Shown: piece by piece, positions 1-9,404 of the stretch
Numbering within the stretch: the first letter of the stretch is position 1
Layout: the number at the start of each line of letters is the position of its first letter
Assembly (NCBI GenBank): GCA_045837725.1
Contig: JBEWZL010000057.1
Span: forward strand, 62,001-94,850
Direction of reading: 5' to 3'
Origin: Vermamoeba vermiformis
Taxonomy: Eukaryota
Length of the DNA: 32,850 nt
Position numbers and translations under genes: made by a program
The notes under the pieces: model-generated
The model's input: the letters and a program-made list of their open reading frames with translations, nothing else
What the model was told of the DNA's origin: nothing
The model's database searches: none

Positions 1-1
1 T

Positions 2-151
2 GCAGGAGACGTTGACACAAAATCCACTCTGTACGGCGTGTTTCTCTTGTCGCACAAAGACGTCTTTCAACGCCTTTCTCGAAATGAACTCTGTACTCGA
101 TACTACAAGGGGGTATGTGACGATGGAGGGAACAACGAAGAAATGCTTTAG
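2..151 (+). CDS. Possible 3' terminal exon of a gene starting left of the window (…LYGVFLLSHKDVFQRLSRNELCTRYYKGVCDDGGNNEEML*)
   Basis: Frame 2 is open from the window edge to TAG at 149-151. Composition is coding-like and AATAAA follows at ~177. No recognisable motif. Confidence 0.35.
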   Translation, partial: AGDVDTKSTLYGVFLLSHKDVFQRLSRNELCTRYYKGVCDDGGNNEEML

Positions 152-225
152 GCTGGGTCACTTTTTTATCAGCAAGAATAAAACGGAAATTGAATCAGTG
201 TCGTATTTACAAGGTTTATTAAGTC

Positions 226-2237
226 TCACAGCTGCAACAAATTGTCCGGCAACACTGAGCCTTTGTCGCCTGCAGTCTTGCTGCTCGTGCTACTATTCGT
301 GCTATTTACAGGTTGTTTCTCGCGCACCGTGACTTTCGGCGTGGCGTTGAGTTTGGACCGACTCGGCGTGACTGCCTTCGGTGTGGCAAAGCTAGGTGTG
401 GCTGCAGGTGATCGTGACGGCGTGCCTGCATTGAGAATTGACGGTGTGCGCGGTGACTGCATTCTGCCCGGTGTGTTGTACGAGGCACGAAGTTGGTCAT
501 CAGCATCGAGTCCTGCGCCCTGTCTTTCTGCGTGCCAATTTCTCGACTAATTGCTGGCCTGCAGGTGACAACGGTGTTTTGTTGCCGACATCACCTGGCG
601 CTGATTTTCGTCGCGGTTGTTTGGCACGCATCTTAGCTTCAGCTTTGTTAGCCAGATCCAGCGCCATTTTATCTCGACTCGGCATGTCTGGAATTTTGAA
701 CTGTGGTCCACTCGATGATTTGAGTGGCGTCTCCAAGTCATCGATACGTAACGGCGTGGATTCAATTTCACCCCACGTGATGAACGGTGACGCATCCGGT
801 GCTATTTGCGGTGTGCTCACGAATCCCTATAATTAGCCATAGTGTAAGTGTTATATTCGTATTATTGTTCTTACTATCAGTACTTACATAGCCATTAATG
901 CGCGGTGATTCAGGCACGGGAAGTTTGTTCGGGCCATCGCCGTACAGTTCTATTAAAAGATGTTGTTAATTCTCTGCAAACATGTATAACACTAGGCATG
1001 AACATAAGGAGCTTTTGATATTTGTACTTACGATCAAGATCCACTTTAGCATCTTTGCGTCTCCTCCTTTCTTCGAAGATCTGCTGAGGGTCTTTGATCA
1101 CGTTGTACATCTCCGCAGCCTGCGCTGCTTGTTCGCGCGCTAATTTTTCTTTTTGTTGTCGCTTCTCTTCTTCGTCCACGCGAATGCGTGTGTTGGTGTG
1201 TGAAATTTCTTTTTTGGGTTCTGAGGACACTAACGGCGCTGGCACTCTGTGGTTGAAATTTGTCAGAAAACTCGATATTACTAAATATAGAAAAGAGAAT
1301 ATTCATTAGGTCTCATACGAGTACCTTTGTCTCGAGCAAAAAAATTAAATTACAAAAGGTACTAAAAAGAGAATTGTCATAAGTGATTGAAATGGCATGA
1401 AATTGATGCAAAGATAATAGGTGATTGCCTAATAAGGTAAATTAAATATACATACCCGTCAGGACTGTACATGAGTGAATTCTTCGGGGTCCAGTTCCAC
1501 GTCAAATATCCCTTGCTGTCGTTCGGATTATCGAATGCCAATTTAGGCAATTCTTTCTTCTCGAACAGCCAATGATATTTTTGTCGGTGCTCTTTGTTGT
1601 TCTTTTCAAGCACTTTGTCAAAACTGTCGTCATCCTCGCTCTTGTACGAATGCAAGTATTTGTCCAGTGAAATGTTCGCAGGTGGTTCATCGTTATTATT
1701 GTTGTCTTGCAGACCACTAGCAACATCTTCACTATCGTCTAATCGTCGACGCTTGTTTGGCTCGATTTGAGGTGTTCGAGCGAAATCTGGTGTTGCGTAT
1801 GGATTTGGTGTTTCTGCAAAATAAATGTCAATAATACTGCACAACATGTATTGGCTATTTAACGTCCAATAATCTATAGACCAAATAATGGCACAGAATT
1901 GGTTGAGAAATTAATTATCTGGATCCGAATAAAATAATTAACCTTTGAATGAATGAATTCATACCCAAAAAAATACTATATAATTTTATACAAATTACTT
2001 ACCTCTAATTTCGCTTGCTGTGCGTTTTTTAGAGAAGCGCATCTGGATTTCATTCATTTTAGCAAAGTCATTTCTTTTTTTCGCCTCAATCCACTCCAGC
2101 TGTGCGGTAAGCTTTGGTAAATCCGGGAAAAAATCTCGTTGAATTATTTTCTCAATATGAGCTGTGAACGTGTCTTCATCCACGACTTTGTGGCTTGCCT
2201 GTGACGGCGTTCCATCAACAGTAGCGTCATTCGACAT
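226..2237 (-). CDS. ESS2: Spliceosomal C-complex factor ESS2/DGCR14 homolog; 5 exons (2237-2003, 1813-1456, 1246-1032, 949-888, 826-226) with an apparent +1 frameshift near 518-520
   Basis: The spliced translation contains family motifs IEKIIQRDFFPDLPKL, SLDKYLHSYKSEDDDSF, KNSLMYSPDG, EISHTNTR, SPRINGYGFVSTP, SPFITWGEIESTPLRI, FKIPD, LSPAGQ, DQLRASY and terminal DNLLQL. All junctions are GT-AG and in phase. Confidence 0.93.
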
Positions 2238-2614
2238 TGTAGGCAAATTTAATTGACTATGACGAATGTGTGGTGTTAAAGGTTGATAATACAAAATAAA
2301 AGCAGAAGAGAAATCGCACTACCAGAAAAAATTCTTCTTTGAGTTTTCTCCGCCGAATCAGCCAGTGGGAAGAGCTCCAGAATTGCCATTAGTGCTCTTT
2401 TGAAAGCTAGTTAGCAACACCAGTCTTCCAAGTACTTCACTAACGGCAGCAGTCAATGTTTGTTGCAAATTTCCAAGCACCGATTCCACCTGCACTAGCT
2501 TTTTGAGAACCACATGACTCCTGAGGCAATTACATTTACCTTCAAGTGCAATTGGCATTGGAGTATGGTCTTTCCGACCACCTCACGTTCTGCTGGCTCT
2601 TCGGCTCACAACAA

Positions 2615-2685
2615 GGCGCTTTAGTTAAGTGGTAAAATTCCTGCTTTGGGTGCAGGAGGCGTCGGTTCGATTCCGGCAAGCGCCC
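2615..2685 (+). tRNA. tRNA-Pro (anticodon TGG), intronless
   Basis: Acceptor stem GGCGCTT/AAGCGCC, D-loop AGTGGTA, anticodon stem CCTGC/GCAGG with loop TTTGGGT (TGG at 2647-2649), T-arm GTCGG-TTCGATT-CCGGC. Confidence 0.93.
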
Positions 2686-2688
2686 ATC

Positions 2689-2703
2689 TTTTTTTTTCTT
2701 TTT
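2689..2703 (+). terminator. Oligo-T RNA polymerase III terminator of the tRNA-Pro gene
   Basis: A run of 9 T starts 4 nt after the tRNA 3' end, followed by a second T run. Confidence 0.8.
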
Positions 2704-2884
2704 GCCTCGTACTTGACCTTTTTACAGACGCCGCTGTGGCTGTAGCTGCTCGTTGGACTAGATTATGGTGCATCATCAATAAGGATGCCAAAGTTTAACA
2801 CCAAAAATACAACAATCAATTATTTTACATTTTAATACATAAGAGCTGCCTCACCTTGCAACTCGCCAAGTACTATCATTTGAC

Positions 2885-3961
2885 TCAATTCTTGTTGTTC
2901 GTTGCGTTTATGTTCTGTTTTCGAGCTTCAGTGTACTTGGACGGATCCGATAGCCTGTCAAACACGGACTCTCCCTTCTATAACGCGATATTAATATCAT
3001 TATTGTCGCACATACATGTTATTTAGTTGTGTAAAGGCGAACGGCTTAATTAGAAATTAAAGGCGCCATGAATTACCTCAGCTGTTCTGGGACTTTTCGA
3101 AGTGTCAGCACGCGGACTTTTAACTGTAGCATCCGGCTTAGCAGTGCTGTTAGTAGCTCTCGGCGACTTGATTTCGTCGTGCTTAGTTTTCTGCGTGCCA
3201 GTGTACTTGCTCGAGTTGGTCAAGCGATCGAACACACCAGGTGTCTGCGGTGAATTAGAACAGGTCTGTTCCAAATTATAAAGATTTTGCTTACCGAAGT
3301 TTTGCTATTGCTATCAACTGAATCTTTTCGAGGAGATTTAACAGTAGTTGTTTGATCTGGCCGCGGTGACGTCGGATTTCGGGGTGACTTCTTCTGTGCA
3401 TCGGCGTATAATCGATTGTATACGGCAGGATTCTTAGTTTCCTGCTTCTAATAACAAGGTCATAAGAATTTAGAATTTATTTCTGTCATCGATGAGTTTG
3501 TAAATGTGATTTTTACCTCCGTTTTGAGATCGGGTAGCGGATCGGGAGTAAAACCCTGAACATAGCCGTCAGTCTTCTTTGGCATCTTCTCTACCTGCTC
3601 GTCCTAATCCGACGCCTTCTTCATTGAATTGGTATCGAGCGGTGCCGACAAATTTCGATGGATCGCTTAATCGGTCAAAAACGCTCTAAAAAAATAAGTA
3701 AATTAATTACTCGATGGAATTTATAGTGAAATTATTATATCGAGCTCAAATATTTCGCGGCAAATTTAGAAATTCGAAAGATACGATTATCGATTGAAAT
3801 AGAATTAAATTCCACAAATCACGGAATGGTTGCAATTTCATCGAGCCGATAATATATTAAATATTCCTACGTACGCCATCTTGGTTTCCTTCTGGTGCAG
3901 ATCCACTCGACGAAGTTTCGATCGGGCTAGCGTCGGCTGCTGTCTCGTTTTTGTTGCTCAT
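2885..3961 (-). CDS. Protein with three partial p25-alpha (TPPP/apicortin-type) motifs and SPR-rich linkers; exons 3961-3875, 3685-3517, 3447-3295, 3244-3077, 2977-2885; apparent +1 frameshift near 3578-3580
   Basis: SVFDRLSDPSKFVGTARYQFNEEGVGLGRAGRE…DGYVQGF, GVFDRLTNSSKYTGTQK and SVFDRLSDPSKYTEARK match the TPPP C-terminal consensus RLTDxxKYTGSHKERFDxxGKGKGxxGR…GYVxGY. Splice phases are consistent. Confidence 0.8.
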
Positions 3962-4132
3962 TATTGCTATTATTGTGTATTATAAACACAAACTATTCAA
4001 CTAATAGCCAAATTGTGTTCGATTGTTGCGCTGAAAAGCAAACAAAGGTAAAATGACCATACCCAAATTGCATCCGACGCGAACACAACGACCTAACGAG
4101 ATTTCCTTAACTAATTCACTAGTTTCAATTGT

Positions 4133-6378
4133 ATGGAACATAGAAAAACGCTTAATTTGCAAGTCTGGGGCGCTGGAGGTTGTGGCAGAAGATCACTCAT
4201 TTATCGCGCCATCCGTCACACCTTTATCCGTATGTTTAATTAATTATATCGTTTTTCATTGAATTAATTTATTTAATGATACTAATAATGGTAAATCACG
4301 CTGCTGCAATTTTTTAAATTTCTTTCTGATTTATTTAATTTAGCGGAGTACGATCCAGTGGGCGAAGGTAACGGCGGTCGACCATCGCCATATCAACCCA
4401 ATTAAATTTCCTAATTTACTAAATGGTCCGAATTTTAGAAGACATTCTAAATGATACGCAGACTGTTATTATCGATCTATTCTACTTTAATGGAGACCCT
4501 GACTACTCCTTACTGATGAGCCAATGGATTAAAGGGTGTGACGGTCTGATGGTAAGTAAATTAAGGTTTATCAAAGAGGATCTCTAGATTTAATTATTTG
4601 GACAGTTGGCTTACGCCAGCAATAGCCGAAGGTCGTTCGAAGAAGTTCGTAAATTGCACGATCTAGTTTGTGAGATAAAAGAGCGCTATGATATGCCAGT
4701 TATCGTCGTGGAAACAAAGGCGGATTTACAAGATCGTAAGCTGAAATTGACATTGGGGCGATTAAAACGAACTAAACTACTTGCTGTTATATTATAGAAC
4801 GAGAAGTAGCGGAAGATGAGGGCGTACAATTAGCCAAAGAACTGAATGCCCCTTTCTTTTCAACATCAGCCAAACATGACATTAACGTACACGAGGCAGT
4901 CCAAAAATTAGCCGAAATTACTTACACAGATGTCAATACGGAACGAACAGTCGATAAAAAGGGCAAAACGCAACTGCGCATTCCGCCGTACAGAGAGAAA
5001 ATCGAAAAATATCCGTCAACGATGGTAAGTGTCACTATATCTTTACATTGTCGTAATTGGAGAAGTGGAATTAACGTCCGATCTATTGATAGCGTAGCGA
5101 TATTGAAAAGCACCTGTTCAACAATCCCGAATACTCAGATCTGACTATAATTTGTAACAAAGCTCCTATTTACGTGCACAGTACGTATCAATTAACATAA
5201 TTTTATATTAAACTGGCAATGTTAATTGATGTTAGAACCTATTCTGGTCTCGCGGTGGCCCAGCTTCATGGAACAAATCAAACCAGTATGTGAACCACGT
5301 ACCAAGTGCAGCACTTACGAATACTCATCTTTGTTTTAGACCGACACAAGGATCGAATTAGAGCCTAAATACAACTACCGAGCGATGTTAGATCTGTTCC
5401 ATTACATTTACACGGGCCAATTTGACGGTCTAATTGACGAGGACTTGTGCTTAGCGGTGTTGAAGTGGCAAGTGTACACTTTGCTGCCACTCTTCAAGGC
5501 ACGTGACCAGCTGCACTACGATGCTTAATTACTAACATTCCATGCTTAGGAACAAAAAGTCAATGGCTTTGATCCATCGTTCGACCGCATGTTCAACTTC
5601 GAATTTATGAGCGACGTCAAAGTCATATTAAAGTCGCATAATGACCGCACTCTGTTCGCACATAGGGCTGTACTTTGTGTGCGCAGTGAGTATTTTAGAA
5701 CAATGTATAAGGTACGGATATTATGGACTACTGACGCGTGACACATTTATCCTAACCCTCATTTCCTTAATAGGCAGGCTTCAAAGAATCCAACTCTGAG
5801 GTACTAGAAGTAGAGGACTGTGACTATGATAGTACGTAACAATTTCATTTGCACGCTGCGAGCTTTAACCAAAATATTAACTTTTTTAGCCTTCATCTTG
5901 CTGCTGAACTACTATTATTTGGATCGAATTAATATCACTCAAAACAACTTCACGCCGCTATTAAAGTACGTTCTAAATAATATTTAAATGATTCTTAGCT
6001 AACATTTCTCTCGCAGACTGAGTCACAGGTACAACGAAAGACCCATACTTCGTGCAATTGAGGCGTACTTGCAAGACCATTTAACGATCCAAAACGTCGG
6101 TTACGTGCTGAAGCTAGCCGAGGCATTTGATTTGATCGATCTTAAAAATATTTGCGAACATTTCATCGTGTACAGATTTGACGCAGTTGCGAGGACTTCG
6201 GGATTCAAAAAATTGCCTCAAGAGACTAAAACTGCCCTAGAAGTACGTAATTTACTATATCCATTAATGTGATTAACTAACTATGATGAATTAGGCGATA
6301 AAGAAGCCCAATAATTATCAAATCGAAAAAGATCCGGAAGATTTGATCATCAAGCGATTGAAATTGTTCAAATTGTAA
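4133..6378 (+). CDS. Degenerate Ras-like GTPase domain followed by two BTB/POZ domains and a BACK-like helical region (multi-exon)
   Basis: Ras fold: VWGAGGCGRRSL, PEYDPVGE, WIKGCDG, RRSFEEV, PVIVVETKADL, REVAEDEG, FFSTSAK. BTB1: FNNPEYSDL…VHKPILVSRWPSF…YIYTG. BTB2: MSDVKV…FAHRAVLCVRSEYFRTM…FKES…YYYLD. Then LTIQNV…LKNICEHFI. Stop TAA at 6376-6378. Confidence 0.85.
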
Positions 6379-6461
6379 TCCTTCTATGATAAAATAACTC
6401 CCAATTGTATTTTTAACCATTCTATATATAATACACTATCATACATACGTTATTGCTTCCT

Positions 6462-7246
6462 CTAATCCTCGTTCTCGGTGCCGTCCACGCGGATCAACAA
6501 GTTGCAGGTCTCTCGGTCAAACGTCCAGTTCACACCGAGCGCGTGATATGTGAAGCGGTTTTCGCGCGTCAAATATTCCTCGATTTTCTTCATTTTCTAA
6601 ACAATCACATTAACCAAAACAAAGCTGGATCACGTTGTTGGAAGCTACGTACCCAATTGAGCAACTGTAAATTGAATATAGGAATAACAGCAATAGCACC
6701 AATGCCGATGAACAACAGTCCAAATAATTTGTATTTGCCGCTACTATCGCCCATACTGTTGTGACTGTGTTCACTTTCTGACTCGTGGCCTGAAGGAAAT
6801 CCAATCACGGCAACTGTGATAAATGTTATTATTAGTACGATCGCCATTAATAATACGCATTTAATACGTACTTAAAATTACTGTTAACATAATGGCAGCC
6901 GCAGTGACTGTGACATAGGTTCGTAATTGATTTCCTTTATTCCATATTTTATTAATTTCGGTAACCGTGTCTGCGAATAATGGCTGCTCGACCTAATAAT
7001 TAATAATATAATTAGAATTATTGTATATCGTTATGAATAGTAATTTTAATAATTTCTATTGTTTGTTATCGAATTAGCCTTCCTCATTACTTGTAAAAAT
7101 TGGGTGTACAACCGTATAATAATATTATATAGAAAATTGATTCGAACCTTGTCTTGTAAAAGCAAAGGGAAATCTGAGTTGAAGTATTGCCCAGTCTTGT
7201 CAACCTGCAATTCTATTGATATATAAGCAGAGGACATGCCATTCAT
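6462..7246 (-). CDS. Small GOLGA7/ERF4-domain-like protein with two hydrophobic segments (4 exons; start at 7246 or 7237)
   Basis: Spliced product: YFNSDFPLLLQDKVEQPLFADTVTEINKIW…(hydrophobic segment)…His/Ser loop…(hydrophobic segment)…KIEEYLTRENRFTYHALGVNW. This resembles GOLGA7/ERF4 motifs FxxxFPxxL…FxxTVxxxN and xxxYxxxxNxxxYxxxG. Confidence 0.65.
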
Positions 7247-7423
7247 TGACGCGCACGCTTGTTGTGTGGTGTTCTCCTGTGAATAGCAAAAAAGATTGCC
7301 GATCCGAACAAACACGTCCGATTTTCAATCCTTAACTTCATTACTTATACATTACAATAACTCTACAACTTTATAAATAATTCGTATACAAAAATTCTAA
7401 AAGCTAACTAAATACATCCGCAT

Positions 7424-9200
7424 CTACTTGTCCTTCTTTGCGTTGTGGAACTTCTTAGCGTCGTGATCGTAAAATCGGTTGTAATAATAGTGATCAGGCT
7501 TGGCCAAATATTCGTCCAAGTTCTTAATCTTATCCTCGTGCATTACTACAGGAGTTCTGTCGAGCACAAATGATTCAATGGGATTGGCGTCAACGTGATC
7601 TGATTGATACACTTCACCCTTGACAGGCTTGGCCTAATGAAGGCAATATTAGACAACAATACTAATACTATAATATAGCCGCCAATGACTTACTGTTGAG
7701 TTCGTCTCCTCGTGTTTGTAGTACCATTGGAGCTCAGCGCGGTTGCGGCCAGTCTTGGTCTCGTACAAGTTCTGAATGATGCCAATGTACGGCTCATCGC
7801 CGGTCTCAGAAATCAAGTAGATCGTGTCACCGAGCGAGAACTTCTTGCCGTTCACTGTGACGGAGCTATAGAAGGTCTTGCCACCCTTGTAACTCTGTCG
7901 CAACACGGTGTTGGGCCACGTGACTGTCACGCCAGGCTTAGTCTCTTCCTTCTTCTTGGCGGGGGCTGACTTGCGTCGAGTGACCTTGGCCTTCTTGGTG
8001 GGTGATTCACCTTCAGCGGGGTCTTCAGCCTTGCGCTTGCGACCGACAGTGCGTGGTGTGGCCTTGGTCTCTGCAGCTTTAGCCTTGGCAGGTGTTTTTC
8101 TCGTGGCTCTAGGAGTTTTAGGTGACTTGGCAGGTGATTTTGCAGCTGACTTGGCAGCAGTCCTTCTGGTCGCGGGTGTCTTTTTAGCGGGCGAAGCCGA
8201 ACGTGATCTGGAGGGAGACTTTGAGGGCGAACTAGAGGATGACTTGGCTGGTGATTTAGCTGCTGACTTGGCTGGAGTCTTTCTGGGAGTCTTCGAGGCA
8301 GCCTTCTTGGCAGGTGTCTTTTTAGCAGGAGAAGCGGAACGCGATCGAGAAGGCGAAGAAGAACGCGATCTAGCGGCGGACTTGGCTGTCTTCTTGGTGG
8401 TCTTGGCTGCAGCCTTGCCGCGCGGAGTTTTCTTGGGACGACCAACTGCTCGTGCGGGAGCCTGGATCTCGGTATAGCTGCTATCTTCTTCTTCTTGACT
8501 CACACGTCTGATATCTTCTTCTAAGAGCTCCTCGCTAATACAATTATGCAGTTAGAGACCAACTTTCAGTTTTGGCGCGAAAACTAGCCGTTGTCGGACA
8601 AATTCGATAAAAAATATAAATTAATAAACGCCTCGCATAAAGAATAATAATGGTGCAATGTAATATTTGGAAAAATTTTCGTTTGTATGATTATTGAAAT
8701 AAATTTTCGAAAGATCACGATCGGAATTTAATTTTCTCGTGCAGTAGTATCATAAATTAATTAAAAATAGCGCTATAATTAATTAATGTGAATGTTTTTG
8801 CATACCTTCGTTGCTTGGACAAAGCGATTTTTTCTTTTTTGGGCAGATTCATTTTCTTAATTGCCTGGAGTTTAGGATCTGGTTTGACTTCCTCTCCTTC
8901 AGCCAAAAACTCGTCTTCTTCCGCATCAGCGATAGAATCGGCTTCAGGATCTATATCTTCGGCAACCTCGACATCCATTTTGTCTTCGGGTGCTACGACT
9001 TGTTCTTCCTTAACTTCAGTCTCTTCGACCTCCTGCTCCTCAGACTCATCTTCGGTGGCATTACCGGTGCTTAAACCTAACAAGCTCTTGACGCCATCGA
9101 AAAATCGACCAATGCTCGATCTACGCTTCAAAGCTTTCGATCTCTCGGCCTTTTTAACCTCTTCAGTCGTCTCTACGACAACGTTGTTATCGTCACTCAT
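7424..9200 (-). CDS. Chromatin protein: acidic N-terminus, long K/A/S/P-rich histone-H1-tail-like region and C-terminal BAH domain (exons 9200-8806, 8534-7694, 7633-7424)
   Basis: BAH motifs FYSSVTVNGKKFSLGDTIYL, EPYIGIIQNLYE, QWYYKHEET, EVYQSDHVDANPIESF and YYYNRFYD. GT-AG junctions are in phase. Confidence 0.85.
8050..8440 (-). repeat. Coding low-complexity repeats (SPAK/TPAK/TPRK; duplicated SRSRSASPAKKTPA block)
   Basis: Seen directly in the translation of ORF 7649..8503. Confidence 0.8.
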
Positions 9201-9404
9201 TTTGTTCGTGTTGTTGTTTGGAGCGAACGGCAGAAAAAATAAACTTTTCGTGTGGTGAACGGACAAAAAAATCTCGCGTAAAATTTGTTGTGGCATCCAC
9301 AACTCGGACGGAGTCTTGAAGTTAATCGGGCTATTCGTCAAAACTTTATGTTTAAAGAAACGTAAAAAATACAAGGGAGTGGATTCGCGAATTGATCAGA
9401 AGCC

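Noticed and set aside
1046-1306. ORF frame NIEFSDKFQPQ… as ESS2 exon 3 (acceptor at 1281)
   Set aside because: The acceptor at 1247 has a CTGAC branch site and gives the conserved EISHTNTR frame.
2358-2558. 66-aa minus-strand ORF between ESS2 and the tRNA
   Set aside because: No recognisable motif or splice structure; consistent with chance, though not excluded.
2560-2590. GGTCGGAAAGACC on the minus strand resembling SRP RNA helix 8
   Set aside because: It lacks the conserved internal-loop sequence and I could see no Alu or S-domain context.
4053-4262. ORF MTIPKLHP… as the first exon of the Ras-BTB gene
   Set aside because: Wrong frame. The P-loop-like sequence is in the frame starting at ATG 4133, which splices in phase.
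7908-8477. Long + strand ORF (189 aa, very hydrophobic) and the alternative-frame ORF 7927..8445
   Set aside because: These are antisense and frame shadows of the K/A/S/P low-complexity coding region of the BAH gene.
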